DNA of 40,080 nucleotides from Actinomycetota bacterium (lineage in GTDB: Bacteria > Actinomycetota > Actinomycetes > Nanopelagicales > Nanopelagicaceae). The notes beneath the pieces are model-generated. The model was not told the DNA's origin, did not search any database, and was given only the letters and a program-made list of their open reading frames with translations. Location: positions 1-40,080 of the forward strand of contig WLIM01000001.1 in assembly GCA_009702205.1 (NCBI GenBank). Direction: 5' to 3'. Shown in pieces: positions 10,342-21,715 of this stretch (position 1 is the stretch's first letter; the number at the start of each line of letters is the position of its first letter). Both the position numbers and the translations under genes were made by a program.

Positions 10342-11600
10342 TGCGCGAACTATCCGCCCCTAAAGGCGTGAGCGAATATTTTCCACCGCGGTCTCAATAT
10401 TTTGAATTTGTTCGTGAAACTTTAATTAGTGCTGCAAAAGTTTCTGGATATCAGTTAATGGAATTGCCAGCTTTCGAAGATACTGAATTGTTTAAACGAG
10501 GTGTTGGCGAATCAACGGATGTAGTTTCTAAAGAGATGTACACCTTTGAAGATCGAGGTGGTCGCTCAATAACTTTGCGACCCGAGGGCACTGCAGGCGT
10601 TATGCGAAGCGTCATCGAACATAACTTAGACAAGCTAACGCTTCCAATAAAAGTTTGGTATTCGGGAGCTTTCTTTAGAGCTGAGCGCCCACAAGCTGGA
10701 AGATATCGCCAGTTTTACCAAGTTGGCATTGAAGCTATTGGACTAAATGATCCTGAAATTGATTTCGAGGTTATCGCTGTCGCCGATAGAGCATTTAAAG
10801 CTTTGGGCCTAAAGTCTTATCGCTTAGATATAACTTCACTCGGAGATAGCAAGAGTCGCGCTAGTCATCGCAAAGATTTACAAATTTTCTTGGACACTTT
10901 GGATTTAGATGAAGCTACGCGAGCACGGGCCGCAATTAATCCGCTTCGACTTTTTGATGACAAGCGGGTTGAGATTCAAAGGGTAATGGAGAAGGCTCCG
11001 CTGTTGCTGGATTATTTGTCAGAGGAGAGCGCAGCTAATTTTGCAAAGGTCCAAGAACTTTTAACTGGCGCTGGAATTGCTTTCACCATAAATCCAAGAA
11101 TGGTTCGTGGATTGGATTACTACACCGGAACCACATTTGAATTCGTGAGCGACAAATTAGGTGCGCAATCAGGCATTGGTGGCGGCGGACGGTATGACGG
11201 CTTAATGGCCGAACTCGGCGGCAATGACTTATCTGGAATTGGTTTTGGGTTAGGTGTTGATCGAATTTTGCTTGCTTGCGAAGCAGAGGGAATATTTGAT
11301 TCGACTGAAGTTAAATCTGAACTTGAACTTTTCGTTGTCGCACTATCAAGTGCCGAGAAAAATTTTGTTGCGGGGCTTGTAAATGAGCTACGAAACAAGG
11401 GAATTAAGTGCGACATGGCATATGGAGATCGTGCCCTCAAAGGTGCGATGAAGTCTGCTGATAAGAGTGGTGCCAGATTTAGTGTGGTCATTGGGAGCGA
11501 TGAGATTGAGACTGGGAAAGTCGCGCTTAAAGAGATGAAAACAGGCACTTCAAAAGAAGTTAGAATCTCGGCCTTGAGTGATGAAATCAAAGCTAACTAA
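10341..11600 (+). CDS. hisS: Histidine--tRNA ligase
   Basis: [48 protein letters not shown]. Confidence 0.98.
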   Translation: MRELSAPKGVSEYFPPRSQYFEFVRETLISAAKVSGYQLMELPAFEDTELFKRGVGESTDVVSKEMYTFEDRGGRSITLRPEGTAGVMRSVIEHNLDKLTLPIKVWYSGAFFRAERPQAGRYRQFYQVGIEAIGLNDPEIDFEVIAVADRAFKALGLKSYRLDITSLGDSKSRASHRKDLQIFLDTLDLDEATRARAAINPLRLFDDKRVEIQRVMEKAPLLLDYLSEESAANFAKVQELLTGAGIAFTINPRMVRGLDYYTGTTFEFVSDKLGAQSGIGGGGRYDGLMAELGGNDLSGIGFGLGVDRILLACEAEGIFDSTEVKSELELFVVALSSAEKNFVAGLVNELRNKGIKCDMAYGDRALKGAMKSADKSGARFSVVIGSDEIETGKVALKEMKTGTSKEVRISALSDEIKAN

Positions 11601-11623
11601 GAAACTATCGGAGCCAATTAAAG

Positions 11624-13384
11624 ATGATTAGAACGCACACTGCAGGATCATTGCGTAAGAGCGATGTTGGTTCGAAGGTAGTACTTGCGGGCTGGGTTGC
11701 AAGACGACGCGATCATGGTGGAGTTGCATTCATAGATTTACGTGACTCATCAGGCGCGGCGCAAGTTGTAATCAATGACGAATCTTTGGCCGGCTCTTTG
11801 CGTGCTGAATGGTGTGTACTTATCACGGGAATTGTTCGCATTCGCCCTGCTGGTAATGAGAATTCAAATATTCCAACAGGTGAAATTGAAGTTGTCTGCG
11901 AGGAACTTCAAGTTCTCAGCGAAGCAGCGCCACTCCCTTTTCCGGTTGATAGTGGAGACTTGAATACAATTAGCGAAGAAGTTCGCCTTAAGTATCGTTA
12001 TTTAGATTTACGTCGTGAAGGACCGGCAAAAAATCTTAGACTCCGTTCAAAAGTGACTTCAGTAATCCGTTCAGTTATGGATGAAGAAGATTTCTTAGAA
12101 ATTGAAACACCTTACCTAACTAGGTCTACACCAGAAGGAGCTCGCGATTTCTTAGTGCCGGTTCGCCTTCAACCTGGCAGCTGGTATGCGCTCCCTCAAT
12201 CACCACAGTTGTTCAAGCAATTATTGATGGTTGCAGGTATGGAACGTTATTACCAAATTGCGCGATGTTTTAGAGATGAAGATTTCCGCGCAGATCGTCA
12301 GCCAGAATTCACACAATTAGATATTGAAATGTCTTTTGTGGACCAAGAAGACATTCTTCATGTAGCAGAACGAATTCTCTCAAGAGTCTTTGAAAAAGTA
12401 GCAGATTACAAGATCTCACTACCGATTCCACGTATGACTTATTGGGAGGCGATGCGCCGATACGGTTCAGATAAGCCAGATCTGCGTTTTGCAAATGAAC
12501 TAGTTGATTGCACAGAGTTTTATGCAGATACGACTTTTAGAGTTTTCCAAGCGGATTATGTTGGCGCAGTCGTAATGCCTGGTGGCGCAGATTCACCAAG
12601 GCGCGAGTTAGATGCTTGGCAAGAGTGGGCTAAGGCACGGGGTGCTAAAGGATTGGCCTACATACTTGTCGCAGCCGATGGCACGCTAGGTGGACCAGTA
12701 GCCAAGAATTTATCCGAGAAAGAAGCGAATAGCATCGCAACTCACGTGGGGGCAAAGCCCGGAGATGCAATCTTCTTCGCAGCTGGTGATCGCATTTCAT
12801 CACTTAATCTTCTTGGCGCAGTGCGTTTAGAAATTGGAAAGCGTTGCAATCTAATTGATGAGAAAGCTTGGAATTTCCTCTGGATTGTAGATGCACCTAT
12901 GTTTGAGCAGATTGATAGTTCTGATTCAAATAGCGGATGGACTGCGGTTCACCATCCATTTACAGGACCTAAACCCGAGTTTGCGGAGTCATTTGATAAA
13001 GATCCTGCAAACGCGCTTGCTTATGCTTATGACATAGTTTTGAATGGAAATGAAATTGGTGGCGGATCGATTCGTATTCATGATCGAAAGATGCAAGCTC
13101 GCGTCTTCGACACGATTGGTCTGTCAAAAGCTGAAGCAGAAAGTAAGTTTGGTTTCCTACTCGAAGCATTTAATTATGGTCCACCACCACACGGTGGAAT
13201 TGCACTCGGACTTGATCGACTTTGTGCACTTCTTGCCGGAGCAGAATCAATTCGTGAAGTAATTGCATTCCCTAAAACCGCAAGTGGTGGCGATCATCTC
13301 ACCGGAGCTCCAACCCCCATTACGGCGCCGCAGCGCAAAGAAGCTGGTGTCGATTTTGTTCCAGAGAAGAAACCTCAGGATTAA
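11624..13384 (+). CDS. aspS: Aspartate--tRNA ligase (probably non-discriminating Asp/Asn)
   Basis: [76 protein letters not shown]. Confidence 0.98.
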   Translation: MIRTHTAGSLRKSDVGSKVVLAGWVARRRDHGGVAFIDLRDSSGAAQVVINDESLAGSLRAEWCVLITGIVRIRPAGNENSNIPTGEIEVVCEELQVLSEAAPLPFPVDSGDLNTISEEVRLKYRYLDLRREGPAKNLRLRSKVTSVIRSVMDEEDFLEIETPYLTRSTPEGARDFLVPVRLQPGSWYALPQSPQLFKQLLMVAGMERYYQIARCFRDEDFRADRQPEFTQLDIEMSFVDQEDILHVAERILSRVFEKVADYKISLPIPRMTYWEAMRRYGSDKPDLRFANELVDCTEFYADTTFRVFQADYVGAVVMPGGADSPRRELDAWQEWAKARGAKGLAYILVAADGTLGGPVAKNLSEKEANSIATHVGAKPGDAIFFAAGDRISSLNLLGAVRLEIGKRCNLIDEKAWNFLWIVDAPMFEQIDSSDSNSGWTAVHHPFTGPKPEFAESFDKDPANALAYAYDIVLNGNEIGGGSIRIHDRKMQARVFDTIGLSKAEAESKFGFLLEAFNYGPPPHGGIALGLDRLCALLAGAESIREVIAFPKTASGGDHLTGAPTPITAPQRKEAGVDFVPEKKPQD

Positions 13385-14043
13385 TGCGCGCTCTGCCAAA
13401 ACGCTTTGCAATTGCATCGCTTCTGGCATGCTCGTTATTTGTTTTAACTAGTTGTTCGCAATCTCAAATTTACGCCGCCGATAAATCGAGTGGCGTTTAT
13501 GTTGCTATTCCAAATGGCTGGCACAAAATTTCAAGCGCTGATCTAGGGAAAGCAGAGTCCAAGTCAACTGCGCCAGGCGCAGCTGAAAGATTAGCTAACG
13601 TAATTTGGCAAGAGGCTTATACAACTTCAATTAAGACAACTCCAGCTTCGGCTTTGAATCTGAGTTCGCCCGATGGCGCCGTAGTTTATGTTCGAGTCCG
13701 AGATTTGAACTATGACGACATGAATTCAATTTCTTATAATGCACTTCGCGATCTGATTCTTCCGCTCAGCACATGGTTGTCGGATCCTACAAAGGCCAAT
13801 TCGAAATTCGTCTTACACGACGACTATGAAAGAGTTGAGAAGATCGCCAGGGGAGTGCGCACGATTTTCACATTCGCAGACCCAAATGGAATTTCGGAAA
13901 CTGTTGACCAGACCTCGTTAGTTTCTGATGATCGCTCAAGAATATATATCTTGATTGTGCGAGCTCCTACTAATTATTTCAAAAAGCATGCCAAAGTTCT
14001 TCAGGCAATCGGTGATTCATTCACAGTGAGAGGCAACAAATGA
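13384..14043 (+). CDS. Hypothetical lipoprotein (possible PsbP/DcrB/LpqN-like fold)
   Basis: Basic N-terminus, hydrophobic stretch and lipobox-like LTS-C; YVAIPNGW and a C-terminal IYILIV...IGDSFTV pattern. Overlaps the aspS stop (TAATG) and the next start (ATGA). Confidence 0.7.
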   Translation: MRALPKRFAIASLLACSLFVLTSCSQSQIYAADKSSGVYVAIPNGWHKISSADLGKAESKSTAPGAAERLANVIWQEAYTTSIKTTPASALNLSSPDGAVVYVRVRDLNYDDMNSISYNALRDLILPLSTWLSDPTKANSKFVLHDDYERVEKIARGVRTIFTFADPNGISETVDQTSLVSDDRSRIYILIVRAPTNYFKKHAKVLQAIGDSFTVRGNK

Positions 14044-16319
14044 GTGAGCAAAGCAGACCTAGAGATACCGATCGCAAGACGCGTATCCACCTAACTTTTT
14101 ATGATCGCACGAAGTTTTTAATTTTATTTGCGATCGTATTTTTTGTTTTAGCTTGGGCCAGCATGGCAGACAACCCGCTGCTCTCTTTCTCTGACGCACT
14201 TACTAGAACAGCCTCCGATAGAAGTTGGCTGTTGATACTTGCTGGTGTAGAAGTGGTCCGCCAATTGCATTTTCTTCTCTCTGAATTATTGGCTCCGTAT
14301 CATGGAATTTGGTTACGTTACTTCTCATTTATTGATCGTCTTCTTCATAAGTTAAGTGATTGGAATCGCTACCGATTAGGTCGAGTAATCAAATGGTTGC
14401 TCTTCGTCGCACTGCTTTCAGTCGTCCTAGGGGCTATCTATAAAGAGACTCCTGTGCGCGCACTCTTCTTTGCACCAAAAGCTTTATGGTCAGCGCTGCC
14501 GATGTTGGGACAACTGCTATTTGCAGTTTTCTTTGTAGTAATTCAGTTCGCAGCAATTTTTTGGTTCCTAAGTCGTGGTGGAATGGACACTTATTTTCCA
14601 GATGATATTCGGACTAGATTCTCCGATGTCTGGGGCCAAGACCACGTTTTAAATCGCATTCGCGAAAATCTTCTCTTTTTAGAATCACCTGAACTAATTG
14701 AAAAACACGGTGGTTATGTTCCTGGCGGAATTCTGCTCTGGGGACCTCCAGGCACCGGCAAAACACTGATGGCTGAATCGATGGCTGGTGAAACCGGAAA
14801 GCCTTTCGTTTTTGTCGATCCAGGTGCATTTACCAATATGTTTATGGGCGTTGGAGTCTTGAAAGTTAAATCTCTTTTTCGTAAGTTGCGCAAACTAGCT
14901 CTGCGCTATGGCGGGGTAGTCGTTTTCTTTGATGAAGCAGATTCTCTTGGAAATCGTGGAATTAGCACACCAAGCATGTTTAAGAGCCATTTAGAAAATT
15001 CAATATTTGCAACACCATGTAACGGCGGAAATTACTTATCTGATCCAGGAAAATCTCTAGTCACTGCAAGCGCAATTTCAAGCAACAAGTTGAGTTCGAA
15101 ATTTGTTGTTGGAGGAGGTGGAGGAGGTGGCGGTGGTGGAATGGGAACGCTACAAGCTCTGCTAACTGAGCTATCTGGCCTAAAGAAACCTCGTGGCTTT
15201 ATAAACCGAATAGTTCGTCGCGCTCTTGGTATGCGTCCGAAGAATCCACCTAAGTATCGAATTCTTGTTGTTATGGCTACGAATATGCCAGAAGCTTTGG
15301 ATGAAGCACTACTTCGCCCAGGCCGAATTGATCGAATGTATAGAGTTGGATATCCAAGCAAAGCAGGTCGCATTAGAACTTATGAAGGTTATTTGGCAAA
15401 AGTTTCGCACTCGCTTACTACGGAAGAGATTGATAAGTTAGCAACAATTACGCCATATGCAACAGGTGCAATTATCAAGGACACCATTAACGAAGCACTT
15501 ATTATGGCAATTAGAAATGGCCGCACATCAATAACTTGGACCGATGTTATAAAAGCAAAGCAATTAAAGGATTTAGGTCCAGCCGAGGATGTTGAATATA
15601 TTGAACGAGAGCGACATGCGGTAGCGGTTCACGAGGCCTGTCATGGTGTGATGGCATATCTAGTTCGCCAACACATGGCAATTGATTTGGCAACAATCGA
15701 GAAGGGATCTGACTACTTAGGTATGGTTGCAAGCATTCCACCTGATGATCAGTTCACAAGATGGCGAACTGAATATGAAGCAGACATTTTGGTTTCAATT
15801 GCATCCCTTGCTGGCGAACGAATGTTCTTTGATGGTGATAACTCTTCCGGAGTCTCTGGTGACCTTGAAAGTGCGACAACAATTGCTAGTTTTATGGAAG
15901 GTCATTGGGGAATGGGATCCACCATCTCTTCACATGCATCGAATCGTCGTAATGAAGTTGGAGCCCCTGGTGGCAATCGTGGCAAGGAAGATGGCGCGAA
16001 AGATTTGCGCATGGCTCTTGGCGATCGCATTGAAAACAATTTGACTTCACTACTTGCGCGCGCTGAAGAAATACTGCAAGAGAATAAATTTAAGGTCCTA
16101 TCACTCGCGCATGCATTGGAAACACACAAGACCATTTCAGGAGACGATGTAATCGCGGTAATGAATGGGAACACTGGTCCATTGGTTGATGGGCGTCCGT
16201 ATTTGAAGCAGGAGAATCTTGATGCCATATGGAAATATCATCAGGCCGCTGTGGTCGCTCATAAAAAGCACGAACGACCAGAGGTTTCTATTCCAGTATT
16301 TGAAGCCCCGCAAGCGTGA
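14040..16319 (+). CDS. FtsH-like membrane AAA+ ATPase / M41 zinc metalloprotease (atypical paralogue)
   Basis: Three to four N-terminal hydrophobic segments; RFSDVWG, Walker A GPPGTGKT, pore loop FTNMFMGVG, Walker B FFDEAD, SRH ATNMPEALDEALLRPGRIDR, HEACH zinc motif, GVSGD third-ligand region. Confidence 0.88.
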   Translation: MSEQSRPRDTDRKTRIHLTFYDRTKFLILFAIVFFVLAWASMADNPLLSFSDALTRTASDRSWLLILAGVEVVRQLHFLLSELLAPYHGIWLRYFSFIDRLLHKLSDWNRYRLGRVIKWLLFVALLSVVLGAIYKETPVRALFFAPKALWSALPMLGQLLFAVFFVVIQFAAIFWFLSRGGMDTYFPDDIRTRFSDVWGQDHVLNRIRENLLFLESPELIEKHGGYVPGGILLWGPPGTGKTLMAESMAGETGKPFVFVDPGAFTNMFMGVGVLKVKSLFRKLRKLALRYGGVVVFFDEADSLGNRGISTPSMFKSHLENSIFATPCNGGNYLSDPGKSLVTASAISSNKLSSKFVVGGGGGGGGGGMGTLQALLTELSGLKKPRGFINRIVRRALGMRPKNPPKYRILVVMATNMPEALDEALLRPGRIDRMYRVGYPSKAGRIRTYEGYLAKVSHSLTTEEIDKLATITPYATGAIIKDTINEALIMAIRNGRTSITWTDVIKAKQLKDLGPAEDVEYIERERHAVAVHEACHGVMAYLVRQHMAIDLATIEKGSDYLGMVASIPPDDQFTRWRTEYEADILVSIASLAGERMFFDGDNSSGVSGDLESATTIASFMEGHWGMGSTISSHASNRRNEVGAPGGNRGKEDGAKDLRMALGDRIENNLTSLLARAEEILQENKFKVLSLAHALETHKTISGDDVIAVMNGNTGPLVDGRPYLKQENLDAIWKYHQAAVVAHKKHERPEVSIPVFEAPQA
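15111..15140 (+). repeat. (GGN)10 poly-glycine tract inside the FtsH-like gene
   Basis: GGA GGA GGT GGA GGA GGT GGC GGT GGT GGA. Confidence 0.9.
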
Positions 16320-16338
16320 CATCAGGTAGGCTTTAGAT

Positions 16339-16740
16339 ATGGGTCCAGGTGGAATCGCAACAATAATTGCAGCGCTATCGCTATTGGTTATTGCCGTGGC
16401 CATCGGATATGCAGTTGTTCGAGTAGGCAGATTGGTTGATCAAGCTGGTGCCGCAATTACCGATTTAACTGCTGAAGTGACGCCACTTCTTGAAGAAGTA
16501 ACTTTGACTGTTGAATTGATTAATGGTCCGCTGCAGAGCATCAACAAAGTTACAAAGACCGTCGAGGGTTTAACAACTAAAATTTCGGATTCAACCGAAG
16601 GCTTCTTAGATAAGAACAAGATGGCCATGAACGCTGCTGGAGCGTTGCTCGCTGTATCAAAGCTCAAAAAGCAGAGCGATATTAAAGCGAAGAAGGCTAG
16701 TAAGTCGAAGCGTAAAGTCGCTGACGAGGAGTTCGAGTAG
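16339..16740 (+). CDS. DUF948 domain-containing membrane-anchored protein
   Basis: N-terminal TM helix followed by a heptad-like segment ([12 protein letters not shown]); conserved position upstream of alaS in actinobacteria. Confidence 0.75.
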   Translation: MGPGGIATIIAALSLLVIAVAIGYAVVRVGRLVDQAGAAITDLTAEVTPLLEEVTLTVELINGPLQSINKVTKTVEGLTTKISDSTEGFLDKNKMAMNAAGALLAVSKLKKQSDIKAKKASKSKRKVADEEFE

Positions 16741-16744
16741 TCGC

Positions 16745-19429
16745 GTGAATTCTGCAGAAATCAGATCGCGTTGGCTTAATTTTTTCGAATCAGGAAATAG
16801 CCAAGGCCTTAAACATACTGTTGTTCCATCAGCGTCGCTAATTGCTGACGATCCAAACCTTCTGCTTGTAAATGCGGGAATGGTTCCATTTAAGCCATTT
16901 TTCTTAGGGGAAGTTACGCCGCCATATCCAAGGGCTACTTCAGTTCAAAAATGTGTTCGAACTTTGGATATTGATGAAGTTGGTAAAACTACTCGTCACG
17001 CCTCGTTCTTTCAGATGTGTGGAAATTTCTCTTTCGGAGATTATTTCAAAGAGGGAGCAATAGCACTTGCTTGGGAACTTCTAACTAAACCAATCGCGCA
17101 GGGCGGATATGGTTTTCCAGAAGAGAAACTTTGGGTAACTGTTTTCCAGAATGACGATGAAGCTGCAGATATTTGGCATAAAAAAATCGGTGTTCCTAAA
17201 GAACGGATCCAGCGCAGAGGCATGGAAGATAATTTCTGGTCAATGGGTGTTCCTGGTCCATGTGGACCATGCTCTGAAATTTATTACGACCGTGGTCCGC
17301 AATATGGCCGCGATGGTGGTCCGGTTGCAGATGAGGACCGATATTTAGAAGTTTGGAATTTAGTTTTCATGCAGAATGAACGTGGAGCTGGTGCTGGAAA
17401 AGATGATTATCCTATTTTGGGTGAACTTCCAGCAAAGAGTATTGATACTGGCTTAGGTTTAGAGCGAATGGCTGCGCTCTTGCAAGGCGTTGAAAATATT
17501 TATGAAATTGATACGACGATGCAGATTCTAAATACTGCTTGCGAACTTACGGGAGTTAAATACGGCGCAAGTGAAAAGAGCGATGTAGCGCTCCGAGTTA
17601 TCGCTGACCATGCTCGCACTTCGATGATGTTAATTGGCGATGGCGTCTTACCCGGCAACGAGGGTCGTGGCTATGTTTTGCGGCGAATGATGCGCAGAAC
17701 CATAAGAAATATGCGAATTCTTGGAGCGGGCGATCCAACTTCTCGTGAATTAGTAAATGCTGCTATTGGCGCAATGGGACCTCAGTATCCAGAACTTGTT
17801 GAAGGTCGCGAACGGATAACTGCTGTAAGCGTTAATGAAGAAGAATCATTTCTCTCAACACTAAAAAGTGGAACTCAGATATTTGATATCGCAGCCGGTG
17901 GTGTTAAAAAATCGAATTCAACAAAATTGGATGGCGATACTGTTTTCAAACTTCATGACACATATGGTTTTCCCTTTGACCTAACGCTAGAAATGGCGTC
18001 AGAGCAAGGTCTTTCGGTTGATGAAGATGGTTTTAGACGTCTTATGAAAGAGCAGAAAGATCGCGCTAAAGCCGATGCTCGTGCAAAAAAGACAGGCCAC
18101 ACGGATGTCAGTGAATATCGCAAGATTCTAGATTCCAAAGGCGCTACTTCTTTTACTGGATATGCTGAAACGAGCAGTGAAGCAAAAATTTCAGCAATTA
18201 TGATCGACGGCAAGAGCGTCAATGAAGCCGATGTAAATAGTGATGTAGAAATTATTTTGGATCGCACACCGTTTTATGCCGAGGGCGGCGGTCAACTACC
18301 TGATGGTGGCCTGATCACACTTTCAAATGGCGCAATAGTTGAAATTGATGATGTTCAAACGCCAGTACCTGGTCTCTTTATCCACCGCGGGCAAGTAATT
18401 TCTGGTTCCGTTGATTTGAAGAGTTCAGCGCTTGCAACAATCGATATCGAACGTCGCTTAGCGATTTCCAGGGCTCATACCGCAACACATATGGTGCATA
18501 AAGCATTTCGTGAAATTCTTGGCGAAACTGCAACACAAGCCGGTTCTGAAAATTCTCCTGGTCGTTTCCGTTTTGATTTCCCAGCAACTGGTGCTGTGCC
18601 AGTGGGCGTGCTTGAAGAAGTCGAAGGCCGCGTAAACGCACTTCTCCTCGATAATTTAGCTGTTACGGCAAAAGTAATGACTCAACCTGAGGCTAAAGCT
18701 ATGGGTGCGATGGCGTTATTTGGGGAAAAGTATGGCGACCAAGTTCGAGTTGTAAGTGTTGGCGATTGGGCACACGAATTGTGCGGGGGAACGCACGTTA
18801 AATCTTCCGGCGAATTGGGTGTTATTAAGTTGCTTTCCGAATCATCTATTGGCGCTGGTGTCCGTAGAGTCGAAGCTCTGGTCGGGCGAGATGCATATGG
18901 TTTCTTGGCAAAAGAGCACGTTCTTCTAAATTCGCTTACGCAGATTATTAAGGGCGCCAGAGTTGAAGAATTGCCATCAAGAGTCTCTGATTTAATTGAG
19001 AAGCTAAAGGGAGCCGAAAAAGAACTTGCAGGTTTTAAGACAGCACAAATTCTCCAAAGCGCGACCGCTTTGCTAAAGAGCACAACAAAGATTGGCTCAC
19101 TAGAAATTCTTGGCGCAGAACTACAAGCTGGTATTTCTGGTGATGATCTTCGAACGATTGCCCTCGATTTACGTAATCGATTAAGTGATGGTGTCGTAGT
19201 ACTGGCATCTGCTGGGACAGAACGATCAACAATCGTTGTTGCTTCGAGTCCAGCTGCGATTTCTAAGGGAGTTAAAGCAGGTGCGTTAGTAAAAGCTGGC
19301 TCCGAAATTCTTGGTGGTGGCGGAGGTGGCAAGGATGACTTCGCACAAGGTGGCGGAGCAAATCATGCGCTAATTGGTGATGCGATCAATTTTATAATTA
19401 AATCAATAGGTCAAACTGCAGGTAATTAA
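16745..19429 (+). CDS. alaS: Alanine--tRNA ligase
   Basis: [61 protein letters not shown]-terminal GGGGGK. Confidence 0.98.
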   Translation: MNSAEIRSRWLNFFESGNSQGLKHTVVPSASLIADDPNLLLVNAGMVPFKPFFLGEVTPPYPRATSVQKCVRTLDIDEVGKTTRHASFFQMCGNFSFGDYFKEGAIALAWELLTKPIAQGGYGFPEEKLWVTVFQNDDEAADIWHKKIGVPKERIQRRGMEDNFWSMGVPGPCGPCSEIYYDRGPQYGRDGGPVADEDRYLEVWNLVFMQNERGAGAGKDDYPILGELPAKSIDTGLGLERMAALLQGVENIYEIDTTMQILNTACELTGVKYGASEKSDVALRVIADHARTSMMLIGDGVLPGNEGRGYVLRRMMRRTIRNMRILGAGDPTSRELVNAAIGAMGPQYPELVEGRERITAVSVNEEESFLSTLKSGTQIFDIAAGGVKKSNSTKLDGDTVFKLHDTYGFPFDLTLEMASEQGLSVDEDGFRRLMKEQKDRAKADARAKKTGHTDVSEYRKILDSKGATSFTGYAETSSEAKISAIMIDGKSVNEADVNSDVEIILDRTPFYAEGGGQLPDGGLITLSNGAIVEIDDVQTPVPGLFIHRGQVISGSVDLKSSALATIDIERRLAISRAHTATHMVHKAFREILGETATQAGSENSPGRFRFDFPATGAVPVGVLEEVEGRVNALLLDNLAVTAKVMTQPEAKAMGAMALFGEKYGDQVRVVSVGDWAHELCGGTHVKSSGELGVIKLLSESSIGAGVRRVEALVGRDAYGFLAKEHVLLNSLTQIIKGARVEELPSRVSDLIEKLKGAEKELAGFKTAQILQSATALLKSTTKIGSLEILGAELQAGISGDDLRTIALDLRNRLSDGVVVLASAGTERSTIVVASSPAAISKGVKAGALVKAGSEILGGGGGGKDDFAQGGGANHALIGDAINFIIKSIGQTAGN

Positions 19430-19879
19430 ATGAAGCCGGGCAGACGAATCGGTTTTGATTTCGGGGATGTCCGAATTGGTGTCGCAGTATCCGATCAATC
19501 AGGGCTACTTGCTTCCCCTTTGGATTTCTTGCCAAATATTTCAGGAGAAGTTAACGAGAAGATCGCAGAATTACTGTCGGTTTACGATCCAATCTATATT
19601 GCAATTGGTTTCCCACTTCATCTTTCAGGTAATGAAAGCGCAAAGAGCGAGAGTGTCTCGGGGTTTGCCAGGGAAATTTCCAATTTAACAACAGCTCCTA
19701 TCTATTTCATTGACGAGCGGATGACTACTGTTTCAGCAAATCGCTCTTTGCGGGAGGCTGGTCACAATTCGAAATCTGCACGCAGTGAAGTTGATTCAGT
19801 AGCCGCAGCAGCTATTTTGGAGTCGGCGCTAAATCAAGAACGAATTCAAGGGCAGCCATTGAATAGATTTCATCCATGA
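19430..19879 (+). CDS. ruvX: Holliday junction resolvase-like / pre-16S rRNA nuclease YqgF
   Basis: GFDFGDVRIGVAVSD, IGFP, DERMTT, VDSVAAAAILE. Confidence 0.95.
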   Translation: MKPGRRIGFDFGDVRIGVAVSDQSGLLASPLDFLPNISGEVNEKIAELLSVYDPIYIAIGFPLHLSGNESAKSESVSGFAREISNLTTAPIYFIDERMTTVSANRSLREAGHNSKSARSEVDSVAAAAILESALNQERIQGQPLNRFHP

Positions 19880-20877
19880 AATATCAGAAGAAGAGCGCTG
19901 TCGTAACTCTTGTTTTAGCAATTGCACTTTTCGGGTTTTTCAAATTACAGCCATCTAATGATTTTCCTAAGAGCGCGGCAGGCAGTGAGATTGAATTTCG
20001 GATTTCTGATGGTGAATTAGGTAGTTCAATCGGTGCGAATTTGGAGAAACTTGGAGTTATCAAGAGTGCGAAAGCATTCATCGAGGAATTCAATTCAAAT
20101 CCGAAGGCAGCAGGTATTAGCCCGGGTTCGCATCAGATAAACACACATATTCCAGTTAAAGAGGCTATTACCCAACTTCTGGACTCGAAGCGGCTAAATA
20201 ATTTGGTTGTCGTTCTAGAGGGCTCGACATTTAGTGACGTTCTGCAAACACTTAAGAAGAATGATCATATTTCTAAGAGCAATATAGATTTCAGAAGCGT
20301 TGAAGCACTTTATCCAAAATCTACTAAGTCTTTAGAGGGATCTCTTTTCCCAGCGCATTATTCGTTCGAGGCGCAAACTCCACTCGCTATCGCCTTATCT
20401 TCAATGGTGAGAAAAGCGAGAGTGGAAAGTCAGGGCAACGGATTGAATAAAGGGTATGACAAATATTCGCCATATCAAGTTCTAACGGTCGCATCCATGG
20501 TGCAGATCGAGGGAGATCCAAGTAATTTTTCAAAGGTGGCTCGAGTTATTTACAACAGATTAAAGATTGGAATGGCTCTTCAATTGAATTCAACCGTGCA
20601 ATATGCCGCTAATTTGCGCGGAAAGATAACTCTCTCTAATAAGGCAACTCAAATTAACTCGCCATACAACACCTATAAACGAGTAGGCCTACCACCAACA
20701 CCAATATCGAATCCAGGCAACGATGCAATTAAGGCGAGTCTCAACCCGGCGAGCGGGGATTGGCTCTATTTCATTACAGTTGCCCCTGGAGATACCAGAT
20801 TCACCAAAGATTTCGCGGAATTCTCAAAATGGAATACGCAATTCAATGAAAATGTAGCGGCGGGGAAATTTAGATGA
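19876..20877 (+). CDS. mltG: Endolytic murein transglycosylase MltG
   Basis: N-terminal TM, LEGSLFP, ASMVQIE, VIYNRL, SPYNTY..GLPPTPISNPG, WLYF. Confidence 0.93.
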   Translation: MKYQKKSAVVTLVLAIALFGFFKLQPSNDFPKSAAGSEIEFRISDGELGSSIGANLEKLGVIKSAKAFIEEFNSNPKAAGISPGSHQINTHIPVKEAITQLLDSKRLNNLVVVLEGSTFSDVLQTLKKNDHISKSNIDFRSVEALYPKSTKSLEGSLFPAHYSFEAQTPLAIALSSMVRKARVESQGNGLNKGYDKYSPYQVLTVASMVQIEGDPSNFSKVARVIYNRLKIGMALQLNSTVQYAANLRGKITLSNKATQINSPYNTYKRVGLPPTPISNPGNDAIKASLNPASGDWLYFITVAPGDTRFTKDFAEFSKWNTQFNENVAAGKFR

Positions 20878-21662
20878 TTAGAGCAGGGGTCGCGGGTTCA
20901 CCGATTTCACATTCACTTTCGCCACGAATTCATCGTAAAGCTTTAGAAATTCTTGGCCTTGAAGGAGAATACGAAGCCTTTGAAGTAGGTCAGAATGAAT
21001 TCACGGAATTCTTAGCGGCGCATTCAATAGGTGATTGGAATGGATTTTCATTAACAATGCCACTAAAGGAGTCTGCTTTTGGATTGATCGAAAATATAGA
21101 TCAAGATGCAACTCGAATTAATTCGGTAAATACTATCTATCGTTCTGATTCGAAATGGTGTGGAACTTCGACAGATTACCTAGCCTTTAAGAAACTACTT
21201 AAAGTTTCGAAAGATTCAAAAGTCGCAATCATCGGAGCTGGTGGAACTGCAAGAGCGGCTCTGGGTTCACTTGATAGTCGAATTGGTGTGGCAGATGTAT
21301 TGATACGTAATGAATCAAGAAAAAGCGCTATGTCGAATTCTGCTCCGCATGTAAGGATAAATTTCCTTGAGATGAACGCGCCGCTAGATGGCTATGATTT
21401 AGTCGTTCAAACAACCCCTGCCGGCGCTTTCGATCCTTACGTTGACTCAATTGCTAAGCTTTCTGGATCCCTAGTTGAAGCACTTTACAAACCAGCACCA
21501 ACTAAATTAGCCATGAAATTCTCAGAATTAAATTGCTCAGTTATAACCGGTAAAGAGTTGTTAGTAGAACAAGCCCTCTATCAGATCGAACTTTTCTCAG
21601 GCTCATCTATCAACTTTGATGAAATGCGAAGCGCACTTCTTGCAGAGATTTCCGAGCTTTAG
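20874..21662 (+). CDS. aroE: Shikimate dehydrogenase
   Basis: GSPISHSLSPRIH, SLTMPLKE, SVNT, GAGGTARA. Confidence 0.93.
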   Translation: MIRAGVAGSPISHSLSPRIHRKALEILGLEGEYEAFEVGQNEFTEFLAAHSIGDWNGFSLTMPLKESAFGLIENIDQDATRINSVNTIYRSDSKWCGTSTDYLAFKKLLKVSKDSKVAIIGAGGTARAALGSLDSRIGVADVLIRNESRKSAMSNSAPHVRINFLEMNAPLDGYDLVVQTTPAGAFDPYVDSIAKLSGSLVEALYKPAPTKLAMKFSELNCSVITGKELLVEQALYQIELFSGSSINFDEMRSALLAEISEL

Positions 21663-21715
21663 CCTTATCCACATCGAGATAATTAAGACTGTTAGAAAGC
21701 AATACCCTTGCAAAT

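Noticed and set aside
10320-16750. T-box leaders before hisS, aspS or alaS
   Set aside because: Gaps are about 0-23 nt and I saw no T-box motif.
19314-19331. GGN run (GGGGGK) near the end of alaS
   Set aside because: Normal conserved motif of the AlaRS C-terminal DHHA1 domain, not a variable repeat.
1018-19879. RuvC/YqgF nucleases and AAA ATPases as a possible defence or transposon system
   Set aside because: They are canonical ruvCAB and ruvX in standard synteny; no CRISPR repeats, transposase, integrase or terminal repeats were seen.
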